The notes beneath the pieces are model-generated. The model was not told where the DNA came from, made no database searches, and saw nothing but the letters and a program-made list of their open reading frames with translations. Positions 39,259 to 51,423 of a stretch of DNA of 64,000 nucleotides are shown here, in pieces. The translations under genes and the position numbers were made by a program. The DNA lies in the NCBI GenBank assembly GCA_034780895.1, contig JAUZTB010000072.1, forward strand, positions 14,968,508 through 15,032,507. Direction: 5' to 3'. This stretch comes from Rhynchobatus australiae (taxonomy: Eukaryota). Position 1 is the first letter of the stretch; every line of letters begins with the position of its first letter.

Positions 39259-39419
39259 CCACTTGTATCCATTTACGTTCACCCCAGACGCTCTTCAACG
39301 AGTCTTCACCTGCTGCCTCGTGCCTGATAGTTGGTCCTCCACGTCATAACTTGCTCACTCCGTTCCCCAGTGTCGGTTGCATTTTTAGCTGCCTCTTTGG
39401 CTCTTTCTCCTTCTTTATT

Positions 39420-39490
39420 TCTGCCCCTGCTGTAACTACCATCATGCTTGGTATCTGCCCCTGTTGTAACTGTACCACTGTGCTTGGTTT
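39420..39490 (+). repeat. Two-copy ~35 bp tandem duplication
   Basis: tctgcccctgctgtaactaccatcatgcttggt / tctgcccctgttgtaactgtaccactgtgcttggt. Confidence 0.7.
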
Positions 39491-40509
39491 CAGTTAGTGG
39501 CACTATTTAAACACAAAATGTTAATTTTGAGGTTAACTGGAGGCATTTCAAGCAATTTGAAAGTGGCCCTGATCCTGCATTGGATCCATCAACTTTTACC
39601 TGCATTTTCAATGAAAATGATTTTCTTTATCCTTTATGATAACCTGATGTCAACATCCTAATTGTCATTTTCCTCCACAGACTCCTGAAGCTCACACTAT
39701 TGGTAAAGATTAGACCCAGAGTCTCTCTTCCCCGCTGCCACTACAAGGCACGGCACTAATCTTTGGCCGAGCATCTTTTTCCCAGTTTAAGTCATTTCTA
39801 CTGGGTCAGTTATTTTGCCATGTTTCCCCCACTGCAAGATTGCTGGATATTTTAGTAATAATTGTGAGAATGTAATAGATTGGATGAAGTTTCACACTGT
39901 GTCACAGGTTACTCTCTCACCCTACATTTACAGAGGCTAACAGATCGCACCAATGACACTTGCTACCAATGGGCCCAGTCCAATGGGCTTTGGTAATATT
40001 TGCATTTGTATTGTGTCTTCTGTAACCTCAAGGTGCTTAAATCAGTGAATTACTTTTGAAGTAACGTAGGAAGTGTAGCAGCCAATTTGCACACAAGAGG
40101 ATACCACAAGCAGCAACACAATAATGATAAAATAATCTCTTTTGGTGATGTTGGTTGGAAAGATGAATATTGCTCTATTGCTATCTTAAAACAGCACCGC
40201 AGTATTTTTCACACCTTTGTCAATACAGCAGATGCTGCCATGCTTTAATAGCTAATCAATTGGAAAGTACCCTGGAATGTCACCCCAGACCTTTGTATTC
40301 ACCCTGGGAGTTGGTCTGTTACTCACCATCTTTTGACTTAGGCAAGACATGGAGCAGTAACTGGCAGGAGCCTGCTGAGGTGTTTGTTTGGGCAGCCACC
40401 ACAATCAGCTCATTCAAAGGGCAACTACAAACAGCAGCTTCAACAATAAACTCATTAACACAGGGTAGAGAATCAAGTTAAGCAGTTTGGTCATGACTGA
40501 TTTCTGCTA

Positions 40510-41112
40510 AATAACAGAAAATGCTGGAAACACTCAGCACGTCAGGCAGCATCTGTAGAAAAGAGGAACAGCTTACGTTTCAGGCCTAGGAGCCTTGAGC
40601 AGAACTGGGAAAGAGAAAAGCAAGTTAATTTCAGGAACAGAGAAGATGTGGTCAGGATCGGGTAGAACAAGGGAAATGTCTCCAAAAGGGAGAATGTCTC
40701 CACCAGATGACCTAATGTGGCAGTTAAGATTAAATCAAGCTTCTGTCCAATGTATTGTTTCATGTTGTGGGATGTGCCCAGGGCAGATTATACAAAAATG
40801 AAAGAAAATTTGGGCCAAAATAATAACAGGCAGACAAGCTGATTATAGAACAATGGGCCTGGCCAGACTGTCCTGCTTGTGGATCTTGGGCAGAAGGTAG
40901 AAGTAAGTTGCGTAATGCTGTGGTATTAAAACGTTGGATGCTGTGGAGGGAAGATCTCTTGACAAAATGAGGGATGCAGCTGTCTGGAAGATAATGGCCC
41001 GATGTTTGATGATGCAGTCGTGGTCCAGAGGGAGGTACAGGAGCTGCCATTCAGCCTCTGCAAGGCAGAAGTCAGTAAAGAAAACTACAACAGCACCACC
41101 ATTCATCGTTGA
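40510..41112 (-). mobile_element. Penelope-like element remnant: RT fragment (40843-41106) with a downstream terminal repeat carrying a hammerhead-like motif (40510-40630)
   Basis: GGAVVV...LAEAEWQL...YLPLDHD...DLPSTASN...FYLLPKIHKQDSLARPIV corresponds to the PLE RT motifs DKGGAVVV and FYxLPKIHK...RPIVS. Confidence 0.85.
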
Positions 41113-43090
41113 TTGATTTCCACACTACCTGATGGAAAGCTCCATTTAATAGTAGCTCCTGGAAACCTCCAGCAGGTCTCAGTGGCCCCTACATTAATTT
41201 GGCATGGAGCAAACATGTATTCAGAGGGAAGATGTATCTCATCGGCAGTAGGCATAGCGGCGAGGATCCTCCCTGTGGGAAATTCAACTTTGCACCAATC
41301 CATCAGGATACAATATGTTAAATAGGTTTCATATTTAACAGCAACAATCTACATGACAAGCACCTTCTTCTTCAACAAGAACCAACTTTTTTTTTTCTCC
41401 CCTTATAAAATAACCTCTCAATTTCTCATTCTAACATGTTATAATCTCAGTTTATTAGATGAGCAGGATTTACGTGTTTAATCCAATAAAAAAGGATTTA
41501 CCAAATTGAAATCATTCCATGTTGGAATATAGTGATGATGTTTAAAAAAAGACTGAATCAGTTCCAACTTATAAACATACAAAAGGAAATACATGGCTTC
41601 CCACTGTAAGATTATCAGGATTGCTTCAACAATTAACATAGCATTTAGAATATATGCAACAGACCAGAAACCCCACCACCCACTTGCCCAAACATGATTC
41701 AAACTACACTGCTGTACTTCCACTTTCAGTGGAGTTTACAGTCTTCAATGGCAGCTCAACACCAACCATTCTAGAGCCACTGGGAAGGATGAAACATTCC
41801 AGGGGTAGGGACATTTTGCGGGGGGGGAGTATCATTAAAAGCATTACTTAGATCCATTTACAGATCACATGGACCTGTCTTACATTGGAGGCCAAGTTTT
41901 ACTACTTTAAAATAGTGGCAAATAACCATAATTTATAGGATTAACATGCCAGATCCAAAACTAGGCTTCTTTGTACTTAGCTCAACATCAACAAATACCA
42001 TATGTAGTCATCGGTTTAAACAGGATGAAACTGTTGGACTTCGGAAACCACAAACTGTTGCCTCAGCATTCTCANNNNNNNNNNNNNNNNNNNNNNNNNN
42101 NNNNNNNNCTGTGCCACTGAACCCTGGACAAGATCCGTATGTATCAGCACACAGAGAGAGTTCCCTTCTCCCTTTTAAAAGCCAATCCTTTTATTTTATT
42201 ATTGCCAATTGCATGGGACGTGCTGAAGCCATAACAAGGCATTTTTCCCTCAGTATATGGTTCTGGGCAGAAACCTTTGGAAGTCCTCCAGGTTGGGAGA
42301 TCAAAAGCTGCCAATAACTGACTCAAGGCAGAGGGCAAAGGTGTTCCTTTACTCAGAAATTCAGTGCATGATTTTGCCTTTTCATTCAACTTTATACCAG
42401 TTTCCACACTAAAATATATTTTCACCAAATATCAATGGATCTCAGCTTCAACCTCTACCTGCTATTAAGTGGGCAACTTCAGAGGGATATAGTGCAGGAT
42501 GAAAGAGACCGTCTCAGCAACAGGGCAAGAATGAGGGGAAAAAATGTGTTTTCACTATGATTGGATAGTTCTAAGTTAACACCTTAATTAAACATTGGCT
42601 TTGGTCCAATGTAGTCAGTAGCTGGGTTGGCACAGAACTACAAGATACCACAGGATTTTAACCCTATGAAATGAGAATAAAGTTTTCTATTTCTAGAAAA
42701 CAGTTTGCCTGCAAAATAATTCACCAACAGCAAAAAGTCTTTTAAATTATTCCAAACTGAAAAGGGATAAATTAAATGTTTAATTTAAACAAATTTAATA
42801 GATTGAAAAATCTAAGTTTTTTTTAGCTCTTACTTAAGAAGCTAATGGAAAGGATTAAATAAGGAAGTTGGTAATCTGACGCAATGATATCACCAGCAGG
42901 AATTCCAGGATCGTACGATTACTACATGGATTAATAATCATCCACATGACAGCAAGACACACAGGATCTGGCCAGCAGTCTCATTTAATTCCAGTGGGTT
43001 ATGTCAGTCAATGTGTCTCAACAGTATGGCATTACATTTGACAAGCAGACACGGAGTTAGACTCTGCTTGGAAGAAGTCCTCACTCCTAG

Positions 43091-43096
43091 TTTATT
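43091..43096 (-). terminator. Candidate ATAD3 poly(A) signal AATAAA
   Basis: TTTATT on the + strand, about 700 nt downstream of the ATAD3 stop codon. Confidence 0.5.
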
Positions 43097-43788
43097 TATA
43101 AGGTTCAATAACTGTTTATAATGGGTTTAATTTCTGAGAGTAAAACTCAGCTGAATAACCTGTTCAGTTCCAAACCAAAGATTTCCCAGTCCTACCACTA
43201 ATGCACTATTGTACAATGTGAATGTATGAACTGTTACTGGAAAGTTACTGAAAATGTTTATTACAAGAAATGCATCTGAGGTAGGCAGTCAAAGGGATCC
43301 GGTCTTGGGCGTGGTGGTTCCAATTGCAAATTAGAGAGATCAACATTTTGAGAAAGGAACCCAGGAATAAAACTCACATCAATGCAAAACATCTTCCAGT
43401 TGCAGAATTCACCATCACAACCTCGGCCCAGCCCAGAGTCCACATTGAATACCTAGCAGCTGTGAAGAGTTGTCCGACATAGGACACAGACACTTCAGTT
43501 GCTGAGACAGATCGACACACAGCATTGCCTTTCTGTTCTCCTCTGTAAGGAGCCGTGTCCTCAGCTGAAAACGTCTGCCCGAGTGCACGATGCCGGTCAA
43601 ATGGGACAGGAACTGACTGCAGTTCTGGGTCAGCGCCACATGCAATGTTACTCAAGCACTGGGCAGTCAGAGGTGAATAACCTTCAAGATTGGATAGTAC
43701 AAACCGATGCACGTTTTACGTTGGTGTTCAGCAGTTGAATTCAAGGATTCCTGGCCCAGCTACAGGGTGCAGACACTGCATCGGACAC

Positions 43789-43965
43789 TCACACCGGCGT
43801 ACCCTCTGATAGGGAAGGCAAAGGTTGCTGCGTGCCTTGGGTCTTCTCTCTGCCCTCATCTTTCAGCCACTCCATTTTCTGCTTGTGCTGACGAATTGCA
43901 TCGGTCACCCTGGAATCAATCATGGCTTCAGTCAGGACACCATCCTCAGAGGCATATGCTGCAGC
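43789..43965 (-). CDS. ATAD3A: ATAD3 terminal coding exon
   Basis: Minus-strand TTCTGCAG acceptor. Translates [58 protein letters not shown]. Confidence 0.96.
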   Translation of the reverse strand, partial: AAAYASEDGVLTEAMIDSRVTDAIRQHKQKMEWLKDEGREKTQGTQQPLPSLSEGTPV

Positions 43966-44389
43966 CTGCAGAATACGACAAGTGCATCTGTTAGTAGCAA
44001 TACACTAAATGCGGGACAAATAAAATTAAAACAGAGATATTTAAACTTTTCTTTTAAAAAGCAAAACCTGCCCAACTAGGACCTATTTTTCTCAGACAGT
44101 GACTCTGAGATAAATTACAAGTTTTAGAAGCGAGAATTACTGGAAGGAAGCCTTATTTTTAGTCAATTTAAGAATTGACCCATTCCCCCATTCTGTTCAA
44201 CCCACTGCATTTCCTTTAATAAAACAAATGAATCAGAAGAGAACTGAAAGAAGGCAATGGGTGGCAGTGCTACCAGGCTAGGGAGTTACCACCCAGTCCA
44301 CTGTGAGTGAAACCAAAGCCCCTGAGGCTGCTGGATTCAAACAAACGAATAGGCCAGAAGGAACCAGTTAAAAGATCTGAGAAAATGAA

Positions 44390-44525
44390 AAAGAAATGCA
44401 GATGTTGAAAATCTGAAATAAAAACAGAAGATGTTGGAAATATTCAGCTGGCCAGGCAGCATCTAAGGAAAGAAAGACAGTCAAGAGTTAATGTTTCAGG
44501 TTGAAGATCCACTATCAGAACCAGG
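44390..44525 (-). mobile_element. Penelope-derived hammerhead-like repeat copy in the last ATAD3 intron
   Basis: The reverse complement reads ggttCTGATAGtggatcttcaacctGAAAcaTTaact...agatgctgcctggccagctgaatatttcc. Confidence 0.65.
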
Positions 44526-45019
44526 AAAGAGATTGAATAAAAAGATAGTTGCAGAGAAGGTGGGAGAGACGTATACGACAAAGGAAATATCTGTACTACA
44601 GAGAGACCAGAGTTACCACAGGATAAACTGCAGGGGTTGTTTAGTCAAATGGGCCAAGGGAGGAGCAGTTAGAAGGTGGCAACACAGACAAAGCAGCTCA
44701 AATTTGTTGCAAATAGCAGAGCTATGGGACATGCCCAGCAGGTAAGGCAGAGTCTTCACAGCCCTCTTGGGAAGAGAATTCTAAAAATTCAGTATCCTCT
44801 GGGTAATTTCTTCTCATCTTTGTTCTGAATGATCAGCCCTTTATCTTGAGATTGTGGCCCTGGTGTGCATTCCCCAGCCAGGGAAATGTTTACCCTGTTT
44901 CTTAAGTTCTAACAGCTTTTGAAGAATAACAAGGAATTGGAATACAATTGTGAATCTAATCTCTTCTTCTTAGTTTACATTGTGCCAAAGAGCATTTGTA
45001 GACAAGAGAAGGATGAATT

Positions 45020-45190
45020 CAGTTTCAGATTGTGAGATAGGTTTAATGCCGAGTACAATACATATGGGAGTAGAGGGACATGGGGATAGTGCAGGAAAAT
45101 GATGTGGAGGTAGACGATCAGCCATGATCTTGACGAATGACAGAGCATACTCAAAAAGGGCCAAATGGTCTACTCCTGCTCCTATCGCTC
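45020..45190 (+). mobile_element. CR1 LINE 3' tail
   Basis: gatcagccatgatcttgacgaatgacagagcatactcaaaaagggccaaatggtctactcctgctcctat. Confidence 0.7.
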
Positions 45191-48100
45191 ATCAAGCTCC
45201 ATAATAACTTTGTACATGTCAGTGAGATCACCTCACATTCTGCAAGTCATAACCTCAAAAAACATTTGTTAGATATGAATTCCCTTTCAGAAATATACTT
45301 TGACTCCACCCATTCTTTTTTTTAAAAAGTGTTCTGTAGTGTTCCAAAGACGTACGGGTTAGGAAGTTGTGGCCATGTTATGTTGGCACCGGAAGCGTGG
45401 TGACACTTATGGGCTGCCCCCAGAACACTCTACGCAAAGATGTATTTCACTGTGTGTTTCAATGTACACGTGACTAATAAAGACTCCTTATCTCTGTTAT
45501 TACTTCCATTCCTGTAATACTAATGTCAGGTATTTTGTCTATAGATCCCAATTTTTATTCTCTCCTTTTCTTAAATAATGGGGTTACATTTGCTCCCTTC
45601 CAGTCTGTGAGAACAGTTTTAGAATCTATATTATCTTCCAAAATGCCAATCAGTATACCCGTCATCTCCACCGACACCTTCAAGCTATCATGGTCTGGGG
45701 ACTTAAACTGCTCACAGTCCCATTAGTTTCTCCAACATTAATTTTTGTTTTTACTAAGGCCATTTCTTTTGTGCTCCTCATTCACTCAACCAATAGTTCT
45801 CCGCCACTTCCTGAAAGTTTTCTGGTTCCTCTTCTGTGAGGACAAAGTATTTGTTTAATTTCTTTGCTATTTCCTTCATCCCCACTATAACTGCTCCCAT
45901 CTCAGCCAATGAAGGGATTCACTTGAGCCATGCTTTTCCTATTTACAGGAACCTGCCAGGTAAGCAATTAACTGGAGAGCACTAGCCACAACTTGATCAC
46001 ATCATCCAAAAACTTTGGAGCATGGGGTTAACGTGGCAGGAACACAGACCGATTATTCTGATCTCTAGTTTGGGACCTTGACACAGATATCAGGTGAAAT
46101 CAATACAGATATATAATATAGAATTTTGAACACTAGAAGTGGCAGTGTATACCTCATTACCACGCATTGACACACCTGGGAGACATGTTTGCTTCAGTTT
46201 ACGATGGAACAGAAGTTAATAGGAGATCAGTTCAATGAAAAACCAGTTGTTTATCATGTCAACAACTCTAAATGCTGCACAATTTATTGTTTTAATTACA
46301 ACTCCAAACTGTGCATCAATATGTGCATTTAAAATTGAATGCAGCCATTTCACTTAGAAACGATTTTGATGAAATACTGAGTTGGATTTCAGAGCAAAGA
46401 TGGTTACTAGTAGAAAACTGGTATTTGAACACTAGTTCTAAATTCTCATTGATTCATTCCCCAGAGTACTGGCTCACACATCAGCAGGCATTAACATCCA
46501 ACATTTTAAAAAGAAAAATCAGGTACAGGGAATTAAATTCTGGCTGTGCACTACATCCCTTCTTCTATTTTCCCTCTGCCTCAAAAATATTCTACTAAAT
46601 GAGTCAAATTTGGAAAAAGTAACCAGAACAACTCTGTATGTTGTTCATTCAGTTGTTTCCCACTACTGGCAGTGAGAAGACAGATGCTCACCACAAGACT
46701 CTTCAGTATTTAGTTAATTACAGGACATTAAGGAGCTGAAGTAATGGCAGTGGTAATTCTGGTATTGATGTCAGGACAAGATTCACTGGGTTTAGATACG
46801 AATGCGTCCAGCATGAGTGCTTGCGGACTTCAGCTTGCGAAGCAACCAATAAGCGCAGTGCTGAACATGGTCTGCAGAGGCTGACGATTTTTGTAAAGTG
46901 TCAGAATATGCCCAGGGGAGTTGGCACTAATAATTTTAAAATATTGGACATACAAACACCCAGAGCACGTCACAAGCTTTTACGCAAGTGGCCGACTCTG
47001 GAGATTGTTAGAAAGCTGGTATGCAATACTGCTGAAATGTTGTGCATGTTATATTTAACCACATAAGGAACATTGACCTGCAGCTGCATAGGTTTGTCAT
47101 TGAGGAGCAGCAAGCTACGACTATGATTATCCTATGTTTCACATGGGAAGTTCCAGGTGTTTTATATTCTCCATTCATTTCCCACAAATGAAGTCAACAA
47201 ATAAGTCTCTTTGTTGGAATAAAAACAGAGCTCCAGTAAGAGTCCCGAATGTAATTCTAAAAAGCTTCACATGAGCAATACTTGTCTTCCAATCTATTTT
47301 GGGATAATTAAAATCACCAATATTGATCACTTCAATAATTACTAACTATTTTATCACCAACACAAACTTGCCCACAAGTACTGAACAAAATAAAATCAGT
47401 TTAAACTGTTATGAATAGTGAAGAGCTAAAATTAACTAAATTGAACCCAAAAGCTAATGAGCAGTTGATATTTCAGTCCAATGAATCTCTCTTAAGCTGA
47501 CTATTCTGAGCTTCACTGCTTACAACTGAAATGTTGAGACATAATCAGCTTGGATATTAGACTACCCTATCTGCAGTTGAGGACTGCCTCATTTCCAAGC
47601 TCTTGGAGCCCAAGAGATTCTACCTACGTCCATATGAAGGAAGAAAATCATCAGCTACCCTTCTTCAGTGGTCAGTTATACTGAATCAGAATGCAAAAAG
47701 CACCATTAGCCAGGCTAATGAATGAATAGGAGGTTTCATTGCCAAGTGCCAGGTTGCTTCAGTGGCAGCAACCTCAAGTGTAGCACTGAAAGGATATCAC
47801 TCTTTTGGAAGTTCCATCATGCATTACATCGAATTCCTGCCTGCCTTCTGAGACAACTACAGACCTTAATGTAATGCGTGAAAAGGAGTTTGAGTATTCT
47901 CCCTCAAATCAACCGATTAAGCAGTCATTTATCTCACAGGCTTGCCTTACGAAACAAGCAAATGCAGCAGTGAAGCAACTTTGAGTGTAGGGTGCTTTGT
48001 GGAACTCTGAGGATGTGAATGACAGTATGCAGTGAAAGTTCTCTCTTTTGAGATTTAAAAACAGGGGACAATATACATGCTTGCCCTTTAGATTTTAAAA

Positions 48101-49408
48101 ATCCATCAATGTCCAGGAAATAACCCCAGTGTGGATTAGACGCCATCTGCTCATTTGAGCAGGCAATATGTCTAATTTCTGGAGTCTGGCAAAATTGACC
48201 AAATCACATTTAATGAGCAATTGGCAACAACCCATGAACCTAAAACAACAACAGCCTCTATCTCTTGTAATCCATGATCTGGTGAATCATTTGCCTGCTC
48301 CTACACTGATCCAACTCTCCACTTCAGCTGTTTTAATGCAGAGCATGTGAGAGCACACACCTACACAGACCGAACACTGAAGCTTCATCAAATAACCATT
48401 TAAAACACTTCATTATAAAGATATTGTTTATTATCTTATAGCTAAATTTAACATAAAAGGCTGAAACCTCAGCACTTAATCCCACTTTCTTACTATATGG
48501 CACATCTATTCACTAGAAGACCAGCCTTGCTATCTAATGAAATAATAAAAAACAATTACAGCCAGGGAGTGTGTCTTCAAAGTTGTTGCCTTCATTCCCT
48601 GAGAAGTTGTCAGCAAGATCTGCCAGGAATTCAGAATTCAGATACTTTCAATCATGCTCATCTGAAGAGCCAATAATTTTGGATTACTTGGGAGAACAGA
48701 TTGCAGTTTTGATAGAGGCCATCTCTCTCAGTAAATTCAGCTCAATATGCTCTGTAATCTGCCCTNNNNNNNNNNNNNNNNNNNNNNNNNNNNNNNNNNN
48801 NNNNNNNNNNNNNNNNNNNNNNNNNNNNNNNNNNNNNNNNNNNNNNNNNNNNNNNNNNNNNNNNNTCCTTCTGTTAAGGCTGGTGGGCGTTTGTTTCGAA
48901 AGAAATTTATGCCAATGCATTGGTATTTTTAGATCCAAGTCATTAATTTTCCATTAATCTATGTCAGCAGTAAATATACATAGTGTTAATGACAAGGTAC
49001 AGGTGGAGAAGAGTTAATCCAAAGAGGCGTGTGAGCAATAATCCAGTCAGATATTCAATTTTGGTAAAGTGAGGAGCTCACCCTGCAGGGAGAAAACTCA
49101 AACAGTGTGCACTTGCACGAGATTCTAGATTAAACTAAACAAAACTGTTTCCATGAAAAACATCACATACTTGGCAGAGAATATGCAGCAACAGCCAAAC
49201 TAGTTATTAATGTTGCAAAAGGCCATTTGTTGGGAGGATGAGCACCACATGAACACTGGGCACGGGATCGACAGTGAGAACGAAAAAATGCTAATCATTG
49301 TGCACATGAACTTTATTTATTCCTGATTGAACAAAAAAAAACACGGAAGAGCTTTTAACTACATGTATTGAGCATTCAAATGACATGAGAATTAAATAAA
49401 AGCCATAC

Positions 49409-49517
49409 CTGCCAGGCCACTCCCAGCTTGGAGATCTCTCTACCCGACATCCCGTCAGTCACCAAAGCAATCTCAGAGCATTTCTTGCCATAGTCAAATT
49501 GGGCCACTTTCAGGCGC
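49409..49517 (-). CDS. ATAD3A: ATAD3 penultimate coding exon
   Basis: Minus-strand CAG/GTATGG boundaries. Translates [36 protein letters not shown]. Confidence 0.96.
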
Positions 49518-51255
49518 CTGTGAACCAAAAATCAGATGGTGACTCGTGCTGTGAATAACATGTTTATGGGCAGCCAATTTCTTCAAGTTTAACTTAACAT
49601 GTGGGCATTCTTGTTGCTTAACATTCAGCACCTGTGCATTCAGCTTATAAGACAGAGAGCTTTAAGATATGGCATTCAGCTCCTTCACTAGGGCAGTCTT
49701 ATAACAGAAGTGTAACCTACATGGAACAGGTGCCTGAATGTTTCTTGTAGACAGATTATCTCAAGGGTGGTTCAGCAAATTAAGGCTCCACAAACAGTAC
49801 TAAAGTGAATGATCAGTTAATCTATTTTAGATGTGATGGCTAACAATTGTACAGTAGCCATTATACAAAACCAAACCCTTTGCACTGTAGGTTCTACCTA
49901 CAATGAACAGGTTTTTGTTTTATCTGAGTCAAAATGATTGATAACACAGTATAGGACTGCACTGAACATTAGCCTGATGATGCTTAAACCACAAAGCAAG
50001 ACTTAGCTGGGTCAAGTAGTTTCAAGTTTCTGGTTGCAGCTTTTACAATGGGAAAAGATAGTTTCTTTATACAAGCTGCAACCATGAAATGATGGAAGCG
50101 CATTTCATAAACAGGGATCAATTGTCTTTAATGGCCCACTGAAGATGTCACAAATTCCACACATGCTGGTCTTTAAGTTTTGCTCTCACCACAACATTTA
50201 AGACATTCAAAACTTTGCTGCCTGCATCCTAACTTCAAGTTCTGGTTAAGCAAAACCCTGATTTGAAAATTCTCATCTCTTTCACCCACTCCTGTCTCAC
50301 CCCCCCCCCCCCAACTCCCCTCCTCCCCTCCTCACTCATTACTCATTCTGGCTTCTTAATTACTTGCTCTATCACTGGCAGCCATGTCTCCCACTATCAA
50401 TGCCCAAAGCTCTTGAATTCCCTCCCTCAACTTTACCTTCTATGACACTTATTAAAACCTGCAGTGTCACTCAATCCTTTGACTGACTATTCAAATTCTT
50501 TTTTTTTGGTTGGGTATCATTTTTCTGTTGGACATTCCTCATGTGAAGCACCTACTTTTGCTACCTTAGAAAGCATTACAAATGAAAACAGCTATAGTTA
50601 TCATTGGTTACTCTTGGAACAAAACAGAATTTAGCTTTTAGTGTGAAGTTGATCACTGGCTTTAAGCTATATGGATCCTCATTGCCCTTTTAATGATGAG
50701 ACTTCAACTTTAGGTGGAAATAAACTAATAAATGAAAAAACGAGAGCTCTAAATTTCACCACGACGCTCGCCTTCACTTTTCAATGCACAGATCAGATCC
50801 TCTTTCCTTCTCCATCAGCGAACAATTCATGAGAACAAAACAGGGAAGAGGGACATTAAGGAATTAAATGAAGAGGCTGTATGAAATGAAATAGATTTCA
50901 GAAGTTTGATCTATTCGACAGATTAGAATAGACTGCTCATATTTACAGCAGGCCAGAGTGGAGCAACGTACTTCAGTAAATGATGGGCTCCTCCAACCTC
51001 CTGCAGCCACTATGGAAGTTCAATTAACACAGAAAGAGATGTTATCTTTCAGGAAGAATTACAGTGAACCATTGCTCAATAGCAGCAAGAGGCTATCTCA
51101 ACACATGGTGGGTAGCTAAAGGCAAGGTAGGTTAAAATGGAGTGAAATTGGAAAAATGATAAAAACATCAAAAAAAAAAGCAAAAAAGTAGTATTACAGT
51201 AAGCCTGCATAGTAGTCCCCCAAACATCATTTCCTGAGCAAATTAGAACACGTAC

Positions 51256-51423
51256 TGTTTTCCTTCTGTGGCAGGTTTCAGGACATATTTGTCAAAATAT
51301 AACCGAACCAGCCGCTCCCTCTCCTCTAGCCCGGGTAGACCAAAGTTAACGATTTCATCAATACGATCATTGATGGCCCAGTCAAACTGTTCTGGTTGAT
51401 TGCTTGCCAATACCAGCATAAAC
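51256..51423 (-). CDS. ATAD3A: ATAD3 coding exon (sensor 1 / arginine-finger region)
   Basis: Minus-strand CAG/GTACGT boundaries. Translates [55 protein letters not shown](Q). Confidence 0.97.

Noticed and set aside
41103-41325. Overlapping ~66-70 aa ORFs on both strands next to the Penelope fragment
   Set aside because: No recognisable homology or exon partners, and the length is within chance. A BLASTX search would be needed to reconsider.
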